NCBI GenBank assembly: GCA_002785295.1
Contig: PFMC01000013.1
Span: 1-36,663, forward strand
Source: Candidatus Komeilibacteria bacterium CG_4_10_14_0_8_um_filter_37_78
GTDB lineage: Bacteria > Patescibacteriota > Patescibacteriia > UBA1558
Direction: 5' to 3'
DNA: 36,663 nucleotides
Shown: piece by piece, positions 24,173 to 33,902 of the stretch
Layout of the letters: each line of letters opens with the position of its first letter
Numbering within the stretch: the stretch's first letter is position 1
Program-made: the position numbers and the translations under genes
The notes under the pieces: generated by a model
The model's database searches: none
Told to the model about the DNA's origin: nothing
The model's input: only the letters and a program-made list of their open reading frames with translations

Positions 24173-25180
24173 ATGGAGATAAAAAACGATCAAAAGTGGC
24201 CGATAATTGGTCATCACAATATTGTCAGTTATTTGCAGAACTCCGTGGCCAAAAAGCAGTTTGTCCACGCCTATCTTTTTAGTGGTGCAGAGTCAATTGG
24301 TAAGAGCACTGTTGCTGATCATTTTATTCGTTCTTTGCTTTGCCTAGATAAACAGAGTGGTCAGGTTGATTGTCAGTGTCAGTCTTGTCAGCAGTACCAA
24401 CGGCACCTCCATTCTGATTGCTTTACTTTATCTCTGGCCGAAGATAAGAAAAATATTCCGATTGAACAGATCAGAGAATGGCAGTCAGCACTTAGTCGCA
24501 AATCTTTCTTGAGTCAATATCGGGTTGGCTTGGTCAATGGTGTTGAGCATTTGTCTTTGGGTGCGGCCAATGCCTTATTAAAAACCATTGAAGAACCAAG
24601 TGCCAATACCATAATTATTTTATTAACGCACGATAGCAATTTATTATTGCCTACTATTATTTCACGTAGTCAGGTGATTCACTTTAAAAAAGTGATTGAC
24701 CGTGAGATCTTCCTTGGTTTGTTGGATCAGGGTATTGAGCGACAAACAGCCAGTCTGATCACTCAACTAGCTCAAGGCTTGCCAGGTAAAGCTTTGGCCT
24801 TATCCCAGTCAGCAGATTTGCTGAGTCAAGAAAAAGAGAATATTGTTGAGATTCTCAATTTGTGGCAGCAAAAGCTAGATCAGAAATGGGTTTTTTTGGA
24901 TAATTATTTGAAAAATTACGAGGGCATAGCTAAAAGCAAACAAGCTCAATTATTATTGGATCGGATGTTACTGATTTATCGTGAGTTGTATTTGATTAAA
25001 AATAATAATGTTGATAGCCAGTTTTTATCAAACTGGCAAGAAGAGCTAGCTAAAATCGCTCAGCAGTATGAATGGCAGAAGTTATTATCAATTGGTGACA
25101 AAATATTTTATATAAAGAGTAAGTGGTTGTATAACCCAAATCCAAGACTGATGCTCGAGGATTTATTATTAAACATTTAA
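24173..25180 (+). CDS. holB: DNA polymerase III delta' subunit
   Basis: HAYLFSGAESIGKST, Cys cluster CQCQSCQQ, LLKTIEEP and SRSQ sensor motif. Confidence 0.88.
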   Translation: MEIKNDQKWPIIGHHNIVSYLQNSVAKKQFVHAYLFSGAESIGKSTVADHFIRSLLCLDKQSGQVDCQCQSCQQYQRHLHSDCFTLSLAEDKKNIPIEQIREWQSALSRKSFLSQYRVGLVNGVEHLSLGAANALLKTIEEPSANTIIILLTHDSNLLLPTIISRSQVIHFKKVIDREIFLGLLDQGIERQTASLITQLAQGLPGKALALSQSADLLSQEKENIVEILNLWQQKLDQKWVFLDNYLKNYEGIAKSKQAQLLLDRMLLIYRELYLIKNNNVDSQFLSNWQEELAKIAQQYEWQKLLSIGDKIFYIKSKWLYNPNPRLMLEDLLLNI

Positions 25181-25183
25181 GTT

Positions 25184-26236
25184 ATGAAGTTTATCAAATT
25201 AGTATCATTATTAATAATCATTACCATCGCTGTCAGTGGTTGTATTATCAAAGTAACTGACAATCCGCTTAATAGTGATGGCGGTATTTATATTACTCAG
25301 GACGCTGGTACCACTTGGGGTAATATTTCAAATTTGCTAAATGTCAGTGGTAGTGGATCATTTAAGAATGCTAGTGTCACCGTCTTAGAGGTTGATCAGG
25401 GCGAACCATTTGCGATGTATGCTGGTACACTGGAACATGGTTTATTGTATTCCATTGATAAAGGTTTGACTTGGCAGGCAACTTTGACTGGCGTTGGTCG
25501 GATCAATGATGTCCAAATTAGTCGTCAAAATCAATGCTTATTGTATGTTGCCGTTAATAATTTTGTCTACCGTTCTCGTGATTGTGCTCGTAACTGGGAG
25601 ATTATGTTGAGAGAAGCAGCGCAAGGGGCAATAGTCACATCTGTTGGTATTGACCCAGTTGATGAGGCACGAGTTTATGCTGTGACCAATAAAGGAGCCT
25701 TTCATCAATCATCTGATTATGGTGTTTCTTGGCAAACTAGAGACTTTCTGGATGTTTACTTGAAAGATATCATTATTAACCCAGATAATGGCAATGTGAT
25801 TTATTTAGCAACAAGAGATAAGGGTATTTATCGATCTTTAGACAGAGCCCTCAATTGGACTCTTTTGTATAGTGATTATACTGCTCAATTCAATGAGTTT
25901 GGCACCCACCATCAATTGATTCTTGACCCTCACAATACTGATCGTCTTTACTATGTCAATGATTATGGTATTTTGGTTAGTGAAAACAAGGGGAGTGATT
26001 GGACAGCTTTATCATTGTTGACCCCAGCAAATTCAATTTACATTTATAATTTAGCAATCTCTCAACAAGATCCAGACAAATTGTATTATTCTACGGCTTC
26101 AACTTTTTACTACTCAGTAGACAGTGGTCTGAATTGGTTGACGAAGAAAATCCCAACCAGCAAAGTCTTTTTGAGATTATTAGCTAGTCCAGATAAAGAC
26201 GGTACTATTTATGCTGGTACTTGGACATTACAATAA
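25184..26236 (+). CDS. lipoprotein with seven Asp-box (BNR) motifs, predicted beta-propeller
   Basis: Lipobox-like IAVSGC. Asp-boxes TQDAGTTW, SIDKGLTW, SRDCARNW, SSDYGVSW, SLDRALNW, SENKGSDW and SVDSGLNW. Confidence 0.8.
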   Translation: MKFIKLVSLLIIITIAVSGCIIKVTDNPLNSDGGIYITQDAGTTWGNISNLLNVSGSGSFKNASVTVLEVDQGEPFAMYAGTLEHGLLYSIDKGLTWQATLTGVGRINDVQISRQNQCLLYVAVNNFVYRSRDCARNWEIMLREAAQGAIVTSVGIDPVDEARVYAVTNKGAFHQSSDYGVSWQTRDFLDVYLKDIIINPDNGNVIYLATRDKGIYRSLDRALNWTLLYSDYTAQFNEFGTHHQLILDPHNTDRLYYVNDYGILVSENKGSDWTALSLLTPANSIYIYNLAISQQDPDKLYYSTASTFYYSVDSGLNWLTKKIPTSKVFLRLLASPDKDGTIYAGTWTLQ

Positions 26237-26251
26237 TTATTAATTTATTAT

Positions 26252-26812
26252 ATGGAAGATCAAACACATATTAGTGATTTTAAAGAGTCTTTACAAAAAG
26301 CTCTTGACTATTTCACTGCTGAAATTAAAAACATCAAAACTGGTCGAGCTACACCTTCATTGGTTGAGAATATTGAGATTGAAGTTTATGGCTCTAGAAT
26401 GCCTTTGGTTCAATTAGCTTCTATTACTTCTCCCGAGCCAAGTCTCTTAGTGATCAAGCCTTGGGATCAAAGCAATGCCAAGGACGTCAACAAAGCTTTA
26501 CAAAGTGGCGATTTGGGTGCAACTTGCAGTATGGACGGTGATTTAATTAGGGTGAAGTTTGCCCCACCAACAGAAGAAAGACGATTGGAGTTAGTCAAGA
26601 AAGTTAAAGAAAAGGCTGAGGCGACACGAGTCAAAGTACGTTTAGCGAGAGATAAGGTCAGAGAAGCTGCTGCCGGGGCCGCACAAGACAAGGCTATTTC
26701 AGAGGATGAGAAGTTTAGTCAATGGGAAGATGTCGACAAGAAGACTAAAGCAGCTAATGAAACAATCAAAGAATTAGCTGATCAAAAAGAAAAAGAAGTA
26801 ATGACTTTATAA
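26252..26812 (+). CDS. frr: ribosome recycling factor
   Basis: 186 aa. IKTGRATPSLVENIEIEVYG...LLVIKPWD...PPTEERR, typical of RRF. Confidence 0.96.
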   Translation: MEDQTHISDFKESLQKALDYFTAEIKNIKTGRATPSLVENIEIEVYGSRMPLVQLASITSPEPSLLVIKPWDQSNAKDVNKALQSGDLGATCSMDGDLIRVKFAPPTEERRLELVKKVKEKAEATRVKVRLARDKVREAAAGAAQDKAISEDEKFSQWEDVDKKTKAANETIKELADQKEKEVMTL

Positions 26813-26813
26813 T

Positions 26814-27917
26814 ATGTTTTTAACTATCATCACCTTTATCATCATTTTAACGATTATTGTCTTTGCTCATGAGCTGGGACATTTTTGGACGGCCCGAAAG
26901 CTGGGTGTCACTGTCGAAGAGTTTGGTTTTGGTTTTCCGCCACGACTTTGGAGTTTTATCAAAAAGAAAACTGTTTATTCGATCAACTGGATACCACTTG
27001 GTGGCTTTGTCAGAATTAAGGGAGAGTCTGGCGAGGATCGAGATGCTGAAGATAGTTTTGCTAGCAAGGCAGCTTGGAAAAAGGCAGCCATTCTTTCTGC
27101 TGGTGTGATCATGAATGTAGTGCTAGCTTTCATTGCCTTGAGTATTGGTTTTATGATGGGTTTGCCAACAGTGGTTGATCAGGAGACGGCTGGAGTTTCT
27201 GTTTCTGATCGGGCAGTACAGATCGTCAGTGTTGAAGAGGGTAGTGTTGCCCAATCAATTGGTTTGGAAATGGGTGATCGGATTGTCAGTATTGATCAGC
27301 AAGTTTTTAGTAGTGATCAACAAATTATTGAATATATTCAAAATGATCAAGATCGGATACTGTCTTTAGTGGTCAATCGTTTTGGTGAGGACCTAAGTTT
27401 AGAAGCTGATCTGACAGGGCAAGAACAGTCAATTTTGGGAGTTTATCTAGCAACGACTGGACTAGTTAAATATCCTTGGTATCGTGCCATTTGGGAGGGT
27501 TTGAGAGCTACTGGCTATGTCTTGGTCCAGATTGTGATGGCTTTTTATTTGATTATTAAGGGTCTTTTTGTTGGTGTTGGTCCTGGTTTGCAAGTGGCTG
27601 GTCCGGTTGGTGTGGCAGTTTTGACTGGTCAAATGGCGCAGCTTGGTTTTGCTTATTTATTGCAGTTTACTGCACTTTTGTCACTCAATTTGGCGATTAT
27701 CAATATTTTACCCTTTCCAGCACTAGATGGTGGACGTTTAGTCTTTGTCTTAATTGAGAAAATAAGGAGAAAGCCAAATAATACCAATATTGAGGCGATG
27801 ATCCATAATACTGGTTTTATTTTATTGCTTTTTCTGATGTTTGTTGTAACCTACAAGGACATTGCTCGAAATAGTGTTCGGATTATGGGTGCTCTAAAAG
27901 GTTTGATCGGCTTATGA
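26814..27917 (+). CDS. rseP: RIP site-2 zinc metalloprotease (M50, RseP family) with PDZ domain
   Basis: HELGHF, PDZ-like GLEMGDRIVSID, and NILPFPALDGG. Confidence 0.93.
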   Translation: MFLTIITFIIILTIIVFAHELGHFWTARKLGVTVEEFGFGFPPRLWSFIKKKTVYSINWIPLGGFVRIKGESGEDRDAEDSFASKAAWKKAAILSAGVIMNVVLAFIALSIGFMMGLPTVVDQETAGVSVSDRAVQIVSVEEGSVAQSIGLEMGDRIVSIDQQVFSSDQQIIEYIQNDQDRILSLVVNRFGEDLSLEADLTGQEQSILGVYLATTGLVKYPWYRAIWEGLRATGYVLVQIVMAFYLIIKGLFVGVGPGLQVAGPVGVAVLTGQMAQLGFAYLLQFTALLSLNLAIINILPFPALDGGRLVFVLIEKIRRKPNNTNIEAMIHNTGFILLLFLMFVVTYKDIARNSVRIMGALKGLIGL

Positions 27918-28207
27918 AGCTAAGAATTACCACAAATTTACAATATTCGTGGGTGCGAATTTTGCAGATGGCTGGCTATCATCAGCATCAAGAAGGCTAT
28001 GTTAAGCGGCTTAGTCGGGATTTTTACCCGCGATTCCATATTTATTTGCAACGTGAAGATGCTAATGAGCTACTTTTTGATTTACACCTTGATCAACGGG
28101 CAGGAGTGCACGTAGGTGTCAAAGCCCACGCTAATGAAAGAGATACAGAAGTAGTTCAAAATGAAGCTAGTAGAGTACAAGAAATTTTTACAGCAAATTA
28201 TAACTAA
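27914..28207 (+). CDS. hypothetical 97-aa His-rich protein
   Basis: ATGA overlap with the rseP stop. No family recognised by eye. Coding call rests on ORF length, the overlap junction and the fit between flanking genes. Confidence 0.5.
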   Translation: MKLRITTNLQYSWVRILQMAGYHQHQEGYVKRLSRDFYPRFHIYLQREDANELLFDLHLDQRAGVHVGVKAHANERDTEVVQNEASRVQEIFTANYN

Positions 28208-28216
28208 TTTTTTTAT

Positions 28217-29455
28217 ATGAGACAATCAGAATATTTTATTAAGACATTGAAAGAGGCGCCTACTGATGAGACGTCGATTAATGCTCAACTATTGATCAGA
28301 GCAGGTTATATCGACAAACTTTTAGCTGGTGCTTATACTTATTTACCACTTGGAGTCAGAGTGCTCGACAAGATTAAGCAGATTGTCAGAGAAGAGATGA
28401 ATAATATTGGGGCTCACGAGATCTTGATGCCAGCTTTGCAACCAAAAAATATTTGGGAAGAAACTGACAGGTGGCAACAAATGAAAGATATTATGTTTCA
28501 GTTTAAAGGACGTGGTGGTATTGATATCGGTCTAGGGACAACTCACGAGGAGCCAATTGTCGATATGCTTCGAAAGAGAGTCAATTCATATCGTGATCTA
28601 CCAGTTTATCTTTATCAAATCCAAGATAAGTTTCGCAATGAGCCTCGTGCTAAGTCAGGACTTTTGCGTGGGCGAGAATTTTCTATGAAAGATCTGTATA
28701 GTTTTCATCAAACAGAGCAAGATTTAAAGGATTATTATGAAGTGGTCAAACAATCCTATGTCAAGATTTTTCAAAAACTGGATATGGAGGTTTTAATTGT
28801 CGAAGCTTCTGGGGGTGTTTTTTCTAAGGAGTACTCTCATGAATTTCAAGTTCTGACACCAAATGGTGAAGATACTATTTACTATTGCCAATGTGGTTGG
28901 GCACAAAACAAAGAAATCGTGAAATTGAAAGTTGGCGATGATTGTCCCAATTGCAATCAAGCCAGTATTCAAGAATCAAAAGCTATTGAAGTAGGTAATA
29001 TCTTTAAACTTGGTCAGAAATATGCCAAAGCGATGAATTTATCTTATCTCGATGATCATGGGAAGAAGCAGTATGTTTATATGGGTTGTTATGGTTTTGG
29101 ACCTTCTCGCGTGATGGGTAGTATTGTTGAGCTTTTCAATGACGCTAATGGTATTATTTGGCCAGCAGCAGTTTCTCCTTGGTCAGCGCATTTATTACTT
29201 TTGGGTAATGATCAAGAAACGAGGGCCAAGGCTGATAAATTGTACGCTGAATTACAAGCCAATAATATTGATGTTCTTTATGATGACCGGGATGAATCAC
29301 CAGGGCTGAAATTAAAGGAAGCCGACTTGATTGGTATTACTAAGCGTTTGATAGTTAGTGACAAAAACAAAGATTTAATAGAATACAAATTAAGACAGGA
29401 GGAAGAGATAAGTAAGCACGCAATCAAAGATATTATTAAACTATTTGATGTTTAG
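28217..29455 (+). CDS. proS: prolyl-tRNA synthetase, short form lacking the INS editing domain
   Basis: N-terminus MRQSEYFIKTLKEAP...LLIRAGYI is close to bacterial ProRS. Motif 2 LRGREFSMKDLYSFH and motif 3 GCYGFGPSRVMG. Only about 125 aa separate motifs 2 and 3. Confidence 0.95.
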   Translation: MRQSEYFIKTLKEAPTDETSINAQLLIRAGYIDKLLAGAYTYLPLGVRVLDKIKQIVREEMNNIGAHEILMPALQPKNIWEETDRWQQMKDIMFQFKGRGGIDIGLGTTHEEPIVDMLRKRVNSYRDLPVYLYQIQDKFRNEPRAKSGLLRGREFSMKDLYSFHQTEQDLKDYYEVVKQSYVKIFQKLDMEVLIVEASGGVFSKEYSHEFQVLTPNGEDTIYYCQCGWAQNKEIVKLKVGDDCPNCNQASIQESKAIEVGNIFKLGQKYAKAMNLSYLDDHGKKQYVYMGCYGFGPSRVMGSIVELFNDANGIIWPAAVSPWSAHLLLLGNDQETRAKADKLYAELQANNIDVLYDDRDESPGLKLKEADLIGITKRLIVSDKNKDLIEYKLRQEEEISKHAIKDIIKLFDV

Positions 29456-30497
29456 AAGATTATTTGGAAAATTTTCAAAAGATATGGGGTTTGATCTGGG
29501 AACAGCAAACACCCTGGTTTATATTAAGGATAAGGGGATCGTGATCAATGAACCATCAATTGTGGCGATCAATAATCGGACAGATCAGATTTTGGCTGTT
29601 GGTGAAGAAGCTCGTCAAATGACTGGCAAGGCACCGTCTTATATTTCTGTGGTGCGACCAATGGTCGCTGGTATAATTTCGGATTTTGAAGTGACAGAAA
29701 AAATGATCAAGCATTTTATTGATCGTGTTCATAAGGAAAATTTTTCACTAGTACCGAGACCACGAGTGGTTATTGGTATTCCACTTGATGTTACTGAAGT
29801 AGAGCGCAAAGCAGTAGAGGATGCTACGATGGGCGCTGGGGCAAGCGAAGTTCATTTGATCGAGCAACCAGTAGCCGCTGCCATTGGTGCCCGTTTACCA
29901 ATTCAGGAGCCTTCGGGCAATATGATTATTGAGTTTGGTGGTGGGACAACAGAAATTGCCGTGATCTCTTTGGGTGGAGTAGTCACTTTTACTTCTATCA
30001 AAAATGGTGGCTTGAAATTGGATCAGGATATTATTCAGTATGTCAGAGAGAATTTCAATCTATTATTGGGAGAAAGAACAGCCGAAGAATTGAAGATCAC
30101 GCTCGGCAATGTGCATCATGATTCTGAATTAGCCGATCGTAAGGCACGTGGTCGGGATTTGTATACAGGTTTACCAAGAGAAATCACAGTTAATAGTGGC
30201 CAGGTGAGAGAAGCAATTATCAAAAATATCAGACTATTGATTGAAAGCGTGCGTGATACTTTGGAAAAGACACCGCCTGAGCTTGTGGCAGAGATTTATC
30301 AAAAAGGAATAGTACTTTCTGGTGGTGGTGCTTTGTTAAGAGGATTAGACAAATTGATCGCTGGTGAACTAAAAATTCCAGTACATATTACTGATGATCC
30401 TCTGACTTCTGTAGTTAGGGGCACGGGTATGGTCTTGGAAGATTTAGATAATTTGAAAGATCTATTATTGCCACCCGCTAATGATATAATTGGTTAA
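29448..30497 (+). CDS. mreB: rod-shape-determining actin homolog MreB
   Basis: DMGFDLGTANTLVY, EPVAAAIGA, IEFGGGTTE and VLSGGGALLRGLD. The ATG at 29448 is preferred over the TTG at 29445. Confidence 0.96.
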   Translation: MFRRLFGKFSKDMGFDLGTANTLVYIKDKGIVINEPSIVAINNRTDQILAVGEEARQMTGKAPSYISVVRPMVAGIISDFEVTEKMIKHFIDRVHKENFSLVPRPRVVIGIPLDVTEVERKAVEDATMGAGASEVHLIEQPVAAAIGARLPIQEPSGNMIIEFGGGTTEIAVISLGGVVTFTSIKNGGLKLDQDIIQYVRENFNLLLGERTAEELKITLGNVHHDSELADRKARGRDLYTGLPREITVNSGQVREAIIKNIRLLIESVRDTLEKTPPELVAEIYQKGIVLSGGGALLRGLDKLIAGELKIPVHITDDPLTSVVRGTGMVLEDLDNLKDLLLPPANDIIG

Positions 30498-30498
30498 A

Positions 30499-31296
30499 AT
30501 GCTTAAAAGAAAAAAATCAAAAGTGATCATCATTACGGTAGTAATTGTCTTACTGCTTTTTTTTCATTATCTTAATTGGTTAAAACCTGTTGAAAGAGGT
30601 GTTTTGTTTGTCTTGGAGCCAGTACAGACAAGTATTTATGGAGCAAGCGCAAGCGTCTATCAGTATTTTGCCAATATTTTTCATAGTCAAAATTTATCCG
30701 TGGAAAATGAAGTACTTAGACAAGAAGTGATCAGATTACGTTTAAATCAACTGGCATTTGAAAGTGTTCAACAAGAAAATGATTATTTAAGGAGAGAACT
30801 TGATTTTATTGAAACCAAGAATTATCAAGCTATTATTACCAAGATTATCAGTAAACCGAGACAGCAAAACGAGATGTTGATCATTGATCATGGATCAGCT
30901 GACGGCTTGGTAGAGGGTTTGCCTGTCTTGGCTGAAGCTGGTGTTTTGGTTGGTAAGATCAGTGAAGTGATGGCAGACCGCGCTTATGTTTCTTTACTGA
31001 CCCATGCCCGTTCTTCAGTGGCGGTGGCCGTTAATAATTTTAAAAATAGTCAGGGTATTGTACAGGGTAATCTAGGTTTAGGTTTGATCCTTGATTTAGT
31101 ACCTTTGGGTGAAGAATTGTCACCAGGCTTATTAGTTTTTTCTTCGGGACTGGAAGATATGATACCTAATAAATACTTGATCGGTGAGGTGACAGCAGTT
31201 TTAGAAAATAATAATGATTTATACCAAAAAGCAGAAGTAATACCAGCAATTGATTATGGCAGTCTTAAAATATTAACAGTTATTTTACCTCAATAA
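30499..31296 (+). CDS. mreC: rod-shape-determining protein MreC
   Basis: N-terminal TM segment, coiled coil (LRQEVIRLRLNQ...ENDYLRREL), beta-rich C-terminal domain, and position after mreB. An alternative TTG start lies at 30490. Confidence 0.88.
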   Translation: MLKRKKSKVIIITVVIVLLLFFHYLNWLKPVERGVLFVLEPVQTSIYGASASVYQYFANIFHSQNLSVENEVLRQEVIRLRLNQLAFESVQQENDYLRRELDFIETKNYQAIITKIISKPRQQNEMLIIDHGSADGLVEGLPVLAEAGVLVGKISEVMADRAYVSLLTHARSSVAVAVNNFKNSQGIVQGNLGLGLILDLVPLGEELSPGLLVFSSGLEDMIPNKYLIGEVTAVLENNNDLYQKAEVIPAIDYGSLKILTVILPQ

Positions 31297-31820
31297 TGAA
31301 GTATAAAATCCATCATTATCTATTCTTCTTTCTTTTTCTATTGCTTTTACCAATTCTGCAATTATCACTTTTTGGCGCTTGGGGCAGCATTGGTACGGCG
31401 ATTCATTTAGTAGCCTGCTTTGTGATCATCGCGTATTTCTATATCAGCCAAACGATGGCTTGGTGGTTGGCTCTAGTTGGTGGCTTTATTTTGGATCTTC
31501 ATGGTCATAATTTTGGAGAGGAAATGATCTTTTTATCGATGATCATTTTGATTCTCAACATATTGTTTAGAAGGTGGTTAGTTAATAGAAATTTGATCAG
31601 TTTATTTTTTGCTGGTTTGATTTCATTTTCATTTTATTATTTGGGTTTGTATCTTTGGCAATTATTATTCGTCAATACTTTTCAGTATTTTCAATACCCA
31701 ACTTTATCATGGTCTGTTTTTGGTATTTTTTTAATGGTTAATATTATTACAATCATTGTTTGTTTTGGGATTTTACGTTTAATCAATAAATTTTTTCGCT
31801 ATGCACCAGCACAAAAATGA
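31296..31820 (+). CDS. mreD: rod-shape-determining protein MreD
   Basis: 174-aa polytopic membrane protein in the canonical mreBCD position. TAATG overlap with mreC. Confidence 0.75.
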   Translation: MKYKIHHYLFFFLFLLLLPILQLSLFGAWGSIGTAIHLVACFVIIAYFYISQTMAWWLALVGGFILDLHGHNFGEEMIFLSMIILILNILFRRWLVNRNLISLFFAGLISFSFYYLGLYLWQLLFVNTFQYFQYPTLSWSVFGIFLMVNIITIIVCFGILRLINKFFRYAPAQK

Positions 31821-33732
31821 TCCTTTTATCGTCAAAATGTCTGGTGGTAAGATCAGAGACAGAGGATTGGATTGGCATCAAAATACTACTGATCGTGATG
31901 GCTATGTCCATCTTGAGACTTATAGTCCGTTGAATTTTGGACCAATCATGGCTGCTAATAAAATACGAATTGCTCTCGGTTTATTATCAATTATTTTTAT
32001 TGTTTTAGGACTCAGAATATTTTACTTGCAGTTTGTGCAGGGAGATTATTATCGTTATTTGGCCGAGGGTAATAGAATTCGTTTAGTGCGAGTCGAGCCA
32101 GCACGCGGTATCATCTATGATACCAATGGTGAACAGTTAGTGAGAAATATCCCTAGTTTCTCGCTACACATCATCCCAGCAGATATGGTGGCTGATCAGG
32201 ATAATGCTAAGATTATTAGCGAGATTGCAACCATCACTGGCTATACTGAAGATGATTTATGGCAGACGATTAATGAATATGGCGCTTACTCTTATGTGCC
32301 AATTCCTCTTGTTGACAACTTGACCAATGAGCAAGCCATTTTATTGAAAATTAAAACAGCAGATTGGACTGGCTTTGAAGTGCATGAGCATTCTGTACGA
32401 GAGTATATTGCGGACTTATCATTGAGCCATGTTTTGGGTTATCTTGGTAAAATCACCGCCGAAGAATATGAAAATTTAAAAACAGAAAATTATCAATTGA
32501 TTAACTCTTTAGGGAAAAGTGGTTTAGAAAAGTATTATGAAGATGATTTAAGAGGACAGGCTGGTATCAAAAATGTTGAGGTTGATGCCTTTGGTAAAGA
32601 ATTGAAAATTTTGGCAGAAGAAAAGGCAAGTGCAGGAAATGATCTTTATTTATACATTGATCAACAATTACAAAGGCAAATTAATGAAGTAATGAGTGAA
32701 TCTTTAGAGAAAAAGAAGTTGACCAAAGCAGTAGCAGTCTTTATTGACCCTCAGAGTGGTGGCGTTTTAGCCTCTTTATCGTATCCAAACTTTGATAATA
32801 ATATTTTTAATCATTCTTTAAGTCAGAAAGATTTTAAGAATCTATTCAATAATCCTGATCAGCCAATGTTTAATCGAGCTATTAGCGGGCAATATCCATC
32901 AGGCTCGACAATCAAGCCACTAATTGCTGCCGCTGCTTTGCAAGAGGGGGTGATCACTCGCTGGACAACATTTAATAGTGTTGGTGGTATTTATTATGAC
33001 ATCTGGTATTTTCCTGATTGGAAGGCTGGTGGTCACGGGACAACAGATGTGGTTAAAGCACTAGCGGAGTCAGTTAATACCTTTTTTTATCGCATTGGTA
33101 TTGACGAATATGATGGTCAGTACGGTCTAGGTCTTGATCGGATGGTGAACTATATGCGCGATTTTGGACTAGGTGTAAAAACAGGCATTGATTTACCAGG
33201 TGAAGTGACAGGTCTGGTGCCAACTCGGGAATGGAAGTGGGATACGCAAGATGAAGTTTGGTATCCTGGTGATACCATGCATCTAGCTATTGGTCAGGGA
33301 AGTCTATTAGTGACGCCCATGCAAATGGCAAACTATATTGCGGCGATTGCCAACGGTGGTACCTTGTGGGCGCCGCAGATTTATAAAGAACTTAAAGATA
33401 GTAGCACGGAAATGGTTTCATCATCGGTACCGACTATTATTCGAGACGATCTGATTGATCAAGAAAATATTGACATTGTCAGAGAGGGGATGCGAGCAGC
33501 TGTCACTAGAGGAAGTGCTCGTTTGTTGAATACTTCTCAGTATCAAGCGGCTGGTAAGACTGGGACAGCACAAGTGGGAGGAGATAAGCAGCCTCACTCT
33601 TGGTTTGTCGGTTTTGCACCTTTTGATGACCCACAAATAGCCTGGGCAGTAGTAGTGGAAAATGGTGGCGACAGTACAGATGCAGCAGTGCCGATTGTGA
33701 AAGAAGTTCTTGATTGGTATTTTAGGGAATAA
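31801..33732 (+). CDS. mrdA: penicillin-binding protein 2 (elongasome transpeptidase)
   Basis: N-terminal TM segment and PBP dimerisation region RGIIYDTNGEQL. Active-site SGSTIKP, and KTGTAQ. Confidence 0.94.
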   Translation: MHQHKNDPFIVKMSGGKIRDRGLDWHQNTTDRDGYVHLETYSPLNFGPIMAANKIRIALGLLSIIFIVLGLRIFYLQFVQGDYYRYLAEGNRIRLVRVEPARGIIYDTNGEQLVRNIPSFSLHIIPADMVADQDNAKIISEIATITGYTEDDLWQTINEYGAYSYVPIPLVDNLTNEQAILLKIKTADWTGFEVHEHSVREYIADLSLSHVLGYLGKITAEEYENLKTENYQLINSLGKSGLEKYYEDDLRGQAGIKNVEVDAFGKELKILAEEKASAGNDLYLYIDQQLQRQINEVMSESLEKKKLTKAVAVFIDPQSGGVLASLSYPNFDNNIFNHSLSQKDFKNLFNNPDQPMFNRAISGQYPSGSTIKPLIAAAALQEGVITRWTTFNSVGGIYYDIWYFPDWKAGGHGTTDVVKALAESVNTFFYRIGIDEYDGQYGLGLDRMVNYMRDFGLGVKTGIDLPGEVTGLVPTREWKWDTQDEVWYPGDTMHLAIGQGSLLVTPMQMANYIAAIANGGTLWAPQIYKELKDSSTEMVSSSVPTIIRDDLIDQENIDIVREGMRAAVTRGSARLLNTSQYQAAGKTGTAQVGGDKQPHSWFVGFAPFDDPQIAWAVVVENGGDSTDAAVPIVKEVLDWYFRE

Positions 33733-33835
33733 TTGTGATATTTGTATTATTGATAGGAAGTTGATAATATATAGTTAAATACTTTGGATAATAATTAGTT
33801 AGGCGACATATTTTTGAAAAATTTGTTTTTAAAAT

Positions 33836-33902
33836 GTTTTTGGTGGGCTTAAGAAATAAGAAATTTGATTTTCTTTAATTTTTAAGAGGGGGGTATAAGG
33901 TG
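33836..33902. repeat. left arm of an imperfect inverted repeat flanking the R-M cassette
   Basis: GTTTTTGGTGGGCTT (33836-33850) is the exact reverse complement of 36636-36650. Further collinear blocks: ATTTGATTTT, AAGAGGGG and GGTG. Confidence 0.7.
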
